Assembly: GCA_020184695.1 (NCBI GenBank)
Contig: JAANOX010000035.1
Location: 292,877-356,876 of the forward strand
Length of the DNA: 64,000 bases
Origin: Histomonas meleagridis 2922-C6/04-290x
Lineage: Eukaryota > Protista > Parabasalia
Direction of reading: 5' to 3'
Part shown: positions 12,301 to 23,800 of the stretch, in pieces
Numbering within the stretch: the first letter of the stretch is position 1
Layout: the number at the start of each line of letters is the position of its first letter
The notes under the pieces: generated by a model
Databases searched by the model: none
The model's input: only the letters and a program-made list of their open reading frames with translations
What the model was told of the DNA's origin: nothing
Made by a program: the position numbers and the translations under genes

Positions 12301-13698
12301 ATAAATGGAAATCTTGAAAATGTCAAATCAATTCTTGAGCATAATGGTGTTTATATTAATGCAAATATTTATTTCATCTATATGATTTTTCAAACAAAAA
12401 TTTGGAAATTATTTTTTAAATTTTTTTAGTTTAAACTATATGCAACAGCACTTGTATTAGCATCTAGAAATAATCACACAGAAATAGTTAAATTACTTCT
12501 TGAACAAGAAGGAATTGATGTGAATTCAAAAGACATTTATTTGTTTAATTTGATAATTGTTTTAATAATTTAATATTTCAAAATAATGTTTGGGAATTAT
12601 TTAAATTATTTTGGACAGCACTTATGGAAGCATCTGAGAATGCGAACACTGAAATTGTTAAATTACTTCTTGAACATGAAGGAATTGATATTAATGCTAA
12701 AGATATTTATTTGTTTATTTTGATATTTATTTTAATAATTTAATATTTCAAAATAATATTTGGAAACTATTTAAATTATTTAATACAGCACTTATAAAAG
12801 CATCATTCAGAGGAAATACTGAAATTGTTAAATTACTTCTTGAACATGAAGGAATTGATATTAATGCTAAAGATATTTATTTGTTTATTTTGATATTTAT
12901 TTTAATAATTTAATATTTCAAAATAATATTTGGAAACTATTTAAATTATTTAATACAGCACTTATAAAAGCATCATTCAGAGGAAATACTGAAATTGTTA
13001 AATTACTTCTTGAACATGAAGGAATTGATATTAATGCTAAAGATATTTATTTGTTTATTTTGATATTTATTTTAATAATTTAATATTTCAAAATAATATT
13101 TGGAAACTATTTAAATTATTTAATACAGCACTTATAAAAGCATCATTCAGAGGAAATACTGAAATTGTTAAATTACTTCTTGAACATGAAGGAATTGATA
13201 TTAATGCTAAAGATATTTATTTGTTTATTTTGATATTTATTTTAATAATTTAATATTTCAAAATAATATTTGGAAACTATTTAAATTATTTAATACAGCA
13301 CTTATGTGGGCATCTTGGAATGGTCATACAGAAATAGTTAAATTACTTCTTGAACAAGAAGGAATTGATATTAATGCCAAAGATAAAATTTTTATGTTTT
13401 ATTTAATATTTCAAAATAATATTTGGGAATTATTTAGATGATTTAAAACAGCACTTATTATTTCTGTACTGAAGAACCGACAAGAAATTGTTGAATTATT
13501 ACTTAAACAAGTATATATCGAAGATATAGATATCGAAGATATTTCATTTTTATCTTTAATATTTCAATTTTTGAATTAAAATTATAAAATTTTATTTGGA
13601 ATTTTTTATTATTCTTGCGAACAGCACACCAGATCGCTATTGAAAAAGGAAATATGGATTTATTATCATTGTTTGTTGGAACTGATGAAACGTTTTAA
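9305..13698 (+). CDS. DUF3447-like N-terminal region plus about 20 ankyrin repeats, each separated by a non-coding T-rich spacer
   Basis: ORF 9305-10546 has the trichomonad ankyrin-family segment IAKIIRSDEIKKL...SLIDYAAFFGSVKCFKYLL...KYAIAGGNEEIIHLC. Ankyrin modules (TALxxASxxxxxEIVKLLLExEGIDINAKD) start at 10595, 10765, 10915, 11085, 11255, 11425, 11595, about 11742, 11861, 11983, 12107, 12280, then 12445, 12615, 12785, 12955, 13125, 13295, 13448 and 13621. The last reads TAHQIAIEKGNMDLLSLFVGTDETF-stop (13698). Confidence 0.7.
10595..13698 (+). repeat. Tandem array of ankyrin module + spacer, modal period 170 nt
   Basis: Thr-to-Thr distances: 170,150,170,170,170,170, then a divergent middle (about 147,119,122,124,173,165), then 170,170,170,170,170,153,173. 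Confidence 0.9.
12648..13305 (+). repeat. Perfect 170-nt tandem repeat, about 3.9 copies
   Basis: Units beginning 12785, 12955 and 13125 read identically; identity extends back to 12648 and forward to 13305. Confidence 0.9.
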
Positions 13699-13735
13699 AC
13701 ATTTTACTAAACTTTTATATATTATTAAATAATTA

Positions 13736-13737
<2 letters not shown>

Positions 13738-13769
<32 letters not shown>
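13738..13769. repeat. (AT)16 microsatellite
   Basis: 32 nt of alternating AT, 40 nt after the stop of the ankyrin array gene. Confidence 0.95.
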
Positions 13770-13771
<2 letters not shown>

Positions 13772-13952
13772 AAACAATAATTGTTGTTATGATAATAAAA
13801 TCATTAAACAATATCATACAATAAATTTCTTTTATCTAAATATCTCAAAGTATTTTAGAGCTGTGGGAGTAATACAACTTTTCTTTGTAAACCTCAACAT
13901 TGTCGTGTATGAATAAGAAATACTTAATTATGCTTAGAAGATATTGTTTTCA

Positions 13953-14816
13953 TCAAGAAATAATTGAATCAATTTCATTATTTAAATTATCCATTTGGTT
14001 AAAGAATTCGGTGAGTTCTTTCTTCTTTGTTTCAGCTTCTTTTTCAATCAAAACCAATTCTTGTTTTAATTTGTTTTCTTCTTCTAATAAATGTTCATTT
14101 TCTTGTTTGAGGAATTTAATTTTTTTCCCTTCTTCTGGAGCAATTTTACTTTCTTTTTGTTTCTTTGCATAACGAATTAAAATTCGTTCATACTTTGAAA
14201 GCAAAATATTTGTGTTATCAATTGTATTATTAACTTCATTAAGACATTCTTTAAGATTTTCATTCGATTTTTTGATTCGTTCAAAAATTTCTTTTTTTTC
14301 TTGATTTTGTTCATGAAGTTTTTGAAGTTCATCAGATGAACGATGCAATTCCTCCATAATTTTACTATATTCTTTTGCTTCTTGATTTTTTATTTTTTGT
14401 TCTTGATCACGAAGATTCGTAATAGCGATTTCTTCTTTTTTTAATAATTCTTGTTGAAAACTAATCTGTTTCATCATTTGATCGATATTTTCCCGGTTGG
14501 TTTTTTGTGTAATGGCATTTTGCTTTATTTTTTTCCATTTAATGTAAGTTTCGTATAATTGTGATTGAGCTTCTTCTTTACTAATTTCCGGAATAGATTC
14601 AGAATATAAACCAACTATCTCTTTTTTGAGATGTTGGAATTTATCTTCTAGAAACATAGCATTTTGTTCTGCTAATGATTTTTTTATTTGATAATTTTGT
14701 TGAATATTTTTTAATATTTCGTTTCCTTTCGTTAATTTTTCTTCGTATTCTCTATATTTTTGAAGTAAAGAACGAATTTCATTTATTTCTAGTTCGATTT
14801 GGTTATTTATGTTCAT
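13953..14816 (-). CDS. Coiled-coil hypothetical protein (287 aa)
   Basis: ATG-initiated ORF, E/K/Q/L-rich heptad pattern. Confidence 0.8.
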   Translation of the reverse strand: MNINNQIELEINEIRSLLQKYREYEEKLTKGNEILKNIQQNYQIKKSLAEQNAMFLEDKFQHLKKEIVGLYSESIPEISKEEAQSQLYETYIKWKKIKQNAITQKTNRENIDQMMKQISFQQELLKKEEIAITNLRDQEQKIKNQEAKEYSKIMEELHRSSDELQKLHEQNQEKKEIFERIKKSNENLKECLNEVNNTIDNTNILLSKYERILIRYAKKQKESKIAPEEGKKIKFLKQENEHLLEEENKLKQELVLIEKEAETKKKELTEFFNQMDNLNNEIDSIIS

Positions 14817-14896
14817 TTTGTTAACGTACTCATTCTCTTAACGTTTACATTCCAATTTTTTTGTAATCTTCACAAAATTTCTCGTTATTGAGGGAA

Positions 14897-17800
14897 ATGA
14901 ACTACAAGATCCAAGAGACAAAATTAATTATTCCAAAAAGAAAAAAATCAACACACAAAAAGATAACAACCCCAATCAAAAAATCTCATGGATTATTTAA
15001 CTCAAAAGATATTGATGAATCAATTCATGAATTTGAAATGAATTCACCTGAATTAGAAAAAGATGGCGTTCTCCTTCGAACTCAAAATCCAAGTCTTGTA
15101 GTTCTTCGACAACAAAATAAACCCAGAACAATTACAGCGAAACCTAAAACAACAATTCCAAAAATTCCAACTCAAGTTACCACTTCCCTTTTATCCAAAA
15201 GACCAATTTCATATATTTCTCAAGAACCTCAAAAACAAATCAATATTTTTCAACAACAATTTTCGAATGAAGAAGAAGAATTTATTGAAAATCCAATTGA
15301 ATATTTTTCCAAACAACCAGACATAGATCCACATAAACTTATTTATTTAAATTATGCTGATGACAAAAATGATCCCAATTTTAATCCATACAAACTTATC
15401 AAAGTTTCGTTCTCAAAAATCAATCCGGAGCATTTTATATTTTCAGCTGGTGGAATTTCACACGTTTGTCCTAATGAAAACACTGAACATTTTTCATTAG
15501 ATCAATGGTATCATGAATCATCAAATTATGAAGTCCTTCGAAACTTCAAAACATTTTCACATTTATTTCATTGGCGTACATTTCGAATATGGAAAAACTT
15601 TGTATTGAAGCAAAGATTTGAGCAAGTTAGTAATGATGTTTATTCGCATTCCATCATTAATAATTCTGTATATTATCAAACAACGTTACAAATATTAAAG
15701 AACTCATTTACATGTGAAACATTACTTAAAGATTATTTACTTCCATTTTATCCCCAAAAGAAATATAAATTAAATCATTTTATAAAAATCAAAAAACAAT
15801 ATTATGAAATATTTGATGATTTATATTCAAAATTTATTGCGAAAATTATTAATGAACTTGTTCAACTCGATGATAGTATTCGTGATCCTTCACGCGTTGT
15901 AGTGAATGATTCCGATTTTAATGAAATTAAAAGAAGAAATCCGAATATGATACAATTAAAAATTCTCGAGCAAAAGAAATATTCCGAAGAATTACATCGG
16001 AATTCAGTGGTAAAAAAAGAAATATTTACTGAATGCCAATTATTTAGAATGATCGATATAACAATACTTGAAAATTTAGCGAAAGGTTTATTAGAATGTT
16101 GGAAAAAAGCCGAAAATAATATAACTGCGGAACTTTCTTCTATTTTTGAAGTCGAAGTTTGTTTTAATGAAGAAGGAAAAATTATTATTACTCCGTCATT
16201 AACAGAATTATTAAATTTAACTCGGTGTTCATTTGATGAAACAATTTTTCATGTAAATAATTTACCACGAATTATACAAAGCCAACAATTAAGGAATCAA
16301 CTGCAAGAAAATATAAATGATTTAAATGATTTATTTGAAAATGGACCAAATTTCAATCAAATGGTTTCATCAAATACTTTATTCGATAGTATTAAATATC
16401 ATGTTTTACATACAATTGAAATATCTTATAAAGATGCAGAAGCTTTAGCTCAACAATATAATGAATATTATCCAATATATCATGTCGGACAAATTTGGGA
16501 TCCAAATTCTTATTTATTTGAAAGAGGTGGAAATACAAAAATTATTAAATTATTTGAAAATGATGAAAATTTGGATGAAATAGAATTCGATTCACAAAAA
16601 GAACTAATTTTTGATTTTAACAAAGTAAAAAATGATATAAAACAATTTAAAAAAGATAAAGAAACTTTAACACAATTTAGAGTTTGTGCTGATAGAGGTT
16701 CACTTTATATTAATTCAAGAAAACTTCGAAATAATTTAGTACAAATTCCAAATAAATGTTTAAATGATTTATTTGATTTAATTAATGAATTAACAAAAAA
16801 TAAAATAAATAAATTACAAATGATTTTTAATGGCTGTTTTAAAAAATTTAAAAACGATTCAAATGATCTTGATAATTATATCGATTTTTGTAATTTTGTT
16901 GATAAGACATCTTATTTAACACCTTTAATTTCTCTTGAAATTGATTTTATTGGTGATGCAATTAAAGTAATGAAAGAATTTGATAAGGATTTATTAAAAA
17001 TTAATGAAGAAAACAAAAATTTAATTATGCGTTTTCAAACTTATCAAAAATTACAAAAATCTGCAGCTTCAATAAAAGAAATTAAATTCGATAAATATAA
17101 ATTTAATTTACTGCAAGAAATTGATTTTTATCACAAAAAAATCAAAAAATATTCGAAAATGATTAAAAATTATCCGAATTCTATACAAAACATTGATGAT
17201 TATATTAATACAATAACAAAAATCAAAAACAAAATTCAAATAATGGAACCAAAAATTAACAATTTAAAAGAATTTCAAATAACAATGAATCAAAAAATTA
17301 ATGATTTTTCATTATTTGATGAAATTAAATTTAACATTCAATTTATGGATGAAATAATAAATAATATTTCTAAATGGAATTTAATTTATAAAACAATTTC
17401 AACAACTTCATTAATAAAATTAGATATTAACCAATTAAAATCGGATTTATTAGTACTTAAATCAAATATAATTTCATTAGAATCATTACTAAAAGAATCA
17501 AATCAACTCTTAATAGAATTAAAAGAAAATACCGAAAATATTATCTCTTTTATACCACAAATTGAACAACTTTCTTCTGGTCAAATGCAAATTCATCATT
17601 GGAATAAATTATTTGATGAATGTGGACATCCAAATAAATATTATCCGCAAATTAAAATATCGGAATTAATATCATTTGGAATATTAAAAGAAAAAGAAAA
17701 AATTTCAAATATGACTTCAATCTCACAAAAAGAATCGCAAATCGAAACCGAATTTAATAATATATTAAAATATTGGAATGAAACATTAATACCAATAAAT

Positions 17801-20800
17801 GAATCTAATTATGAAATTAATGAAGAAATTATAAAATTAGGAAATATAAATCAATTAAACCAAAAAATCGAAGATACGCAAATAAAATTAGAAGAAATGT
17901 TATTATCACCTTATATGAAACGAATTGAAAATGATGTAAATCAATTAAATACAAAACTTGAAAACATATTTAAAATTATTAATATTTGGAATGAGTTCCA
18001 AATAAATTGGAATGTTTTAGAGCCAATTTTTGAAAAAGATGATATTAAATCAATTTTAAGTCAAGAATCAAAACATATTATAGAAATAAAAGAAAAATGG
18101 AATAATTTCATGAAATATTCCAAAGGAGATAATAATCTTTTTTACATATGTTCATATCCATCATTATTACAAATACTTAATGAAAATAATGAATTATGTA
18201 ATAAAATCTTTGTTTCATTGAATAAATATATAAATTATAAAAGAAATAACTTACCAAGATTATTCTTCTTAAGTAATAATGAAATTATAACAATACTTTC
18301 AACTTTAGATTTTTCAACTTATGTTTATCATTTAGCTAAAATATTTATGAATATAAAGAATTTTGACTCAAGAGCTTTCCAAACAATTACTTCCGCAAGA
18401 CAAAAAGATAAAACAACAAATTCAAAAATTCAAGATTTCTCTAATATGAAAATATATGGTTTAGTTGGTGACTCTGGTGATATTTTAACATTTGATCATC
18501 CTGTTCAATGTAAAAATTCATTAGAAGATTGGCTTCCTCAATTATTAGAAAATTCTCGTTCTTCTTTTAAGTCAAATCTTTCGTTAGCAATATCGAAATA
18601 TCAATCAAACAATTTCATTGATTGGTTATTAACATTTAATACAAATATAATAATTTTATCATTACAAATTATATTTACAAATGAAGTAAATTTATGTTTT
18701 AAAGAAAATTCGTTTTCGAATTTAAGTCAAAATTTACTTCAAAAGATTCAATTAATTTCTAAAACAATGGTAACACCATTAAATGCAACAGAACTAAATA
18801 AATTATCATGTGTTTCAACTCTTTTAAATCATCAGTTACAAAAAATCAAATCATTTAATGAAAATTATCAATTTTATGATCCGAAAATTAATTGGGATCA
18901 AGAATTACAATTTATATATGATGAAAATGAAACGTTGCTTTATCTAAAACAAAATGATAATCAAATTGAACATGGATATGAATTTTTTGGTACAACTCCA
19001 AAATTTATATATTTTCCATCATCTGAAAAAGCTTTATTAAATTTAACGAATAATATTATTAATGATAATTATTCGCTTTTATTTGGTTCTGAATTAATTG
19101 GGAAAAAATATATTATTAAATATTTGGCTTGTTTATTTGGAAAATTCATTTATTTTGTTCCTTCTTTCTCTAATATTTCGAAATATATTATTTCACGTTT
19201 ATTTATTGGTAGTGTTATTACTGGAAATTGGTTATGTTTTCCTAATATTGAGAAATTATCATATGAAAACAATAGTGAAATCTTTGAGTTTTTAAGAAAT
19301 AAAAAGTTTTCTGAGAACAATAAAATTAATATTGAAAATAATATTTATAATGTTAATAAAAATAATCGAATTTTCTTTACTAAAAATTCGAATATCTTTA
19401 AAAATAAATCAATTCCAAAACAGTTAATAACATTTTTAAAGCCAATTTCTTATTCTGCTTTAGATTTACATGTAATTACTGAAGTTAAATTAGTATCAAA
19501 TGGTTTTCGATCAATTAAAAATTTAACAAATAAAATAATTTCGACTTTAAGTTCAATTACAAATTTATTTGATACAATGATATATAAAAACCAAGTAAAA
19601 AACTTATATTCAATCATTGATAATGCGTATAATTATCTAAAAGAAACTATACAAAATTCATATAATGAAATTTCATTTGTTAATTATTATGAAAATCCGA
19701 AATTAACTGAAGAGTTTGTAATTGCATGTTCATTTCATCATCAATTTTATCCAATAATACCAAAGAATCAAATCAATACATTTTATTCGATATTATATTC
19801 TTCATTTAATTTATTTAATAATATAAATGACTTTATTAAAAATATTTCATTTACTTATTATACAGAAAAAATTAAAATTGTTGAAGAGCAATTAAGAAAT
19901 AACTTAAAAATTAATGATGAAAATTATATAACAAAAACAATTAATTTATATCGTTTAATGTTACAATATAATTGTGTAATAATTTATGGCGATTCTAAAT
20001 GTGGTAAATCTTATATACTTAACTTATTGAAAAAAGTCTTTAAAAATATATCAAATGATCAAAACTTATCAACGAAATTTAATGATATAAAACCATTAAA
20101 AATTTTCGATTTATATCATTCATCAAATAAAATTGATAATATTTTCGGAAATATTAAAAAAGATTTAAATAATGACGAATATCAAAAATATGGAATTTTT
20201 CATTCTTTTTTAAATCGTGATCCAAAGAAACATTGTATTGTTCGATTTAATGGACCATTAACTAAAGAAATTGTTAAATATTTAGAAGAAATGTTACAAT
20301 TTGATAATTTAAGAACAAACTTTCTTGATAATTATATTTTTGATCAAAAATTACATTTTATAATTGAAACAAATTCTATTAATAATATAACACCTTCATT
20401 ATTTTCACGATGTGGAATTCTTTATATAGATAAAACAAATTCAATTTTTGATAAAACAAAATTTAATAATATAATTAACGAAAATTTATTAAATACATTT
20501 CAGAATATATTTTTTGAATCATATGATAAAATTAATGAATACATAAAACAGAACAATAATTTTAAACAAAAACAAAAACTTTTGGAATATTTTGCTTCAA
20601 AATCACTAGAATATTCATTAATGTATTTAAGCAAATATTCTGTAAATGATATAAATGATTTGAAAAAAGTATTTTCGTTAGCGTTAGTTGCAATTTATTC
20701 TTCTTTATTTAAAGATAAATATATTGAGGACTTTTGTGTTTGGTTACAAAAATATTTTGAACTTGATATACCATCAGATTGGAATAATTTTAATGTGAAT

Positions 20801-23800
20801 GAGCATTTTTGGGATGTTTTTCAGCGTCCGACTTTATTAAGTTTAACTTTAAATGAGAAGTTTCAATTTGTTCCTTATGATTTTTCGATATTAAAAAGTG
20901 ATCCTATCATTAAAAACATTAATAGATGTGATTCGTTTAAACTTGTTTCTGATATAACTTTTTATACTGCACAATATCTTCCTTTATTTCAACAATTAAA
21001 TCTAATTTTGAATGATCATAAAAATGTGATTTTAACAGGGAAATCATTTTCAGGAAAAACAAAATTTTTACAATGCTTTTTCACAATGTTTCCTAAATAT
21101 ATACCAATAATTGTTCCAATTAATCAATATTCCACTCCAAAATCAATTTTAAAACATATAAAATTCAATTCAACAAATTCAAAAAAACCGTATTATGTTT
21201 CGTCACAAAATTCAATACATATTCTAATTTTTGATAACGTTACACCTTCAAATTTGTATGCTATTGAATTCATAAGGATGTTAACATCAGACTCGAAAAT
21301 TCCGATTTACAATGAAAAAGATTCAAAACATCTAAAATATGTAAAGCTTAAAAACTTTGTAATAATGATTACAGGGAAATCATTATTTAAATATCCACAA
21401 CGATTAATCAATTTGTTTGTTCCAATTCATTTAAATTGTCCATTAAAATTTACGCAAATGCATTTACTCAATAATTATTCGGAATATTTTAATGTCTCAA
21501 AAGAATTTATTCAACAAATTTATATATTTTTATCGAATTTAAATATTAATGAATTTAGTTATGATCAAATTCTTCAAATATTAATATTTGATGAAAATAA
21601 AACATATGAAACTAAAGAACAAAAAGAAAATTTGATAAAATCTTTGATATCGGAAATAGAATTTTTCTTTTATCATAAAGCGAATCAAGAAGAAAAAGAA
21701 ATAATTCGAAAATCTTTTTATAATGCATTTAATGATGAAAATTATCATAAAATGTTTTCGCAATATTTAAATGATAAAACAAAATTTTTATATCATCAAA
21801 TTGATTATACAAATGAAAATATGACAATAAAATTAATCGAAAGTTCATATGACGAAATATCCGAAAAGATTAAAACATATTTTCATGTAACATATTCATC
21901 AATTAAACAATTTTTATTAATACAAAGAGCAGTTTCATATCCAAATTCAAATGCGTTTTTAATTGGTAATAATAATTGTGAACGATTATTAATATCCAAA
22001 TTTGTATCTAAATGTTTAAATTATGATTTTTATCATATAACAAATAACTTTAAGGAAAAAATGAAAGAAATTATTACAAACACATTTAACTCTAATAAGA
22101 AAATTTTAATTTATATTGACACAATTGAAGACATTGAATTAATAATATTCATATTAAAAACTAAAGATTATTCAATGTTTTTACCAGATGAAATCAAAGA
22201 AATATATAAAAATGATAATCAAAATTTATTTGGTTATAACTATTTACTTGATAAACTCGAAATGAAAATTCATTTATTAATTAATATTGATAATAATAAA
22301 TTTAAAGTACCAAATATTAATAATGTTTATACAATTCTATTTGAAGATTTTTATCAGCAAAATATTGAAAATCTTTTAAATAAAATATTAAATTCGAATA
22401 TATTTAATGCAATAATACAAAAAGCATTTGAAGAAAATACAATTTTTTCAATTAATTCTATTTATGATTTTGTTGATTCTGTTAATATAAATATACAAAA
22501 ACATATTCAAAAAGAAGAATCAATGAAATTAACAATAGAAAACTCAATTAAATTTTTCGATGAAGTTAATTCTAATAAAGAACAAATCGAACAAAATATA
22601 TTACAAATGAAACCAAAAATTGAAATGCTTAAACCTGAATACAAAGTAAAACTCATCGAAAAATTAAATCAAATTAACACAAACATTGATGTTAAAAGTA
22701 ATGAAATTAATAAAGATAAAAAATTAGTACAAATATATAATGAAAATATCGAATATCTTAAATCACAATATGAAAACTATCTTGAAGAAGTAAAACAAAT
22801 AAAAGAAGAAGATTTAAATAACATAAAACATGATAATTCACAAATATTTAATAAATTTATTGAAGTTTTATGCATATTTTTAAACAAACCAATTGATTAT
22901 GATATATTAAAAGATCCGAATTTAATAACAATGTTAACGAATAATAATGATAATGAACATTTAATACAAAATGAAGTTATAAATGAATTGAAAAATTATT
23001 TTAATAAAGAAGAAATGAATAGAAAAAATATTGAAGAAATTTCACCAGTTTTAGGTAATATTTATGATTATATATTTACAATTTATAAATATGGATTATT
23101 AAGAAATGATATCGAAACTTTAGAAAACGAATTAAATGTAAAAGAAAATGAATTTAATGATTATATAAATGAAACTCAAAATGAAATACAAAAAATAGAA
23201 ATCGAAATGAAAGAAATTGATGACTTAATGGAATTATATAAAGATGATAATGAAAAAGAAAAATTCTTTAATGAGTTTGAACAAACGAATAATAAATTCG
23301 AAAAATTTAAACAATTTTCAGAAGATACAAATAAAATATATAAATATTTACAAAATCAAATTAGTGAAATACAAAATGATCATCAAAATATCATTGGAAA
23401 TTCATTAATTACATTTATATATTTATATTTTTGTGGTTTTATGAAAAAAGAACAAAAGAAAAACTTCATGAGTAATATAATCGAAATGTTTAATCAAAAT
23501 TCGATACAGTTTTCACAAGAAAATTATTATGATATAATATTTAAAGAGATTTTATCTAAAAAAGCAGAAAAAAACGAAGAATTATATTTTAATGAATTAA
23601 CATTTGATTACTTTTATATGTTAAATTCGATTCGAACTCCATTAATAATTGATAAAAATGGAATTGTTTTTGAACTTTTTAGTAACATTAATGAAAAATT
23701 TATTAAAACTTCGTTGTTATCAAGTGAATTTACTAATGATTTAGTAAATTCAATGATAAAAGGAAAAACTATTTTAGTAAATGATATAAATTATTATCAT

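Noticed and set aside
11425-12445. Degenerate middle being exactly six 170-nt units (1020 nt)
   Set aside because: Translating it shows seven units of unequal length; the sum of 1020 is coincidental.
12886-12925. Hairpin in the spacer (TATTTTGATATT / AATATTTCAAAATA)
   Set aside because: Present in the recently amplified unit but not preserved in the 11085 and 11255 units; such AT-only pairing is expected by chance.
12785-12954. Programmed -1 frameshift at TTTAAAT as the general read-through mechanism
   Set aside because: An in-frame TAA precedes the slippery site, and in other units the spacer has stops in the downstream frame or is in frame with stops.
12883-12958. Canonical GT-AG intron using the AG in ACA GCA
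   Set aside because: It leaves 94-nt exons, shifting frame and hitting a stop within the next module; several units (ACA CCT, ACT TCC) have no AG there.
10595-13698. CRISPR-like repeat/spacer array
   Set aside because: The context is eukaryotic, the conserved part encodes ankyrin, the spacers are homologous to each other rather than unique, and there are no cas genes.
9305-13698. Alternative genetic code (TAA/TAG read as Gln) explaining the stops
   Set aside because: Most spacers also change frame, TGA occurs too, and conserved genes in the window (peroxiredoxin, CapZ alpha, eIF3a) end at TAA.
56-13698. Sequencing or homopolymer errors as the cause of the interruptions
   Set aside because: Inserts are tens of nucleotides long, recur at one structural position, and an 11.6-kb equally AT-rich ORF nearby is unbroken. 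An error could still affect the 17-nt case alone.
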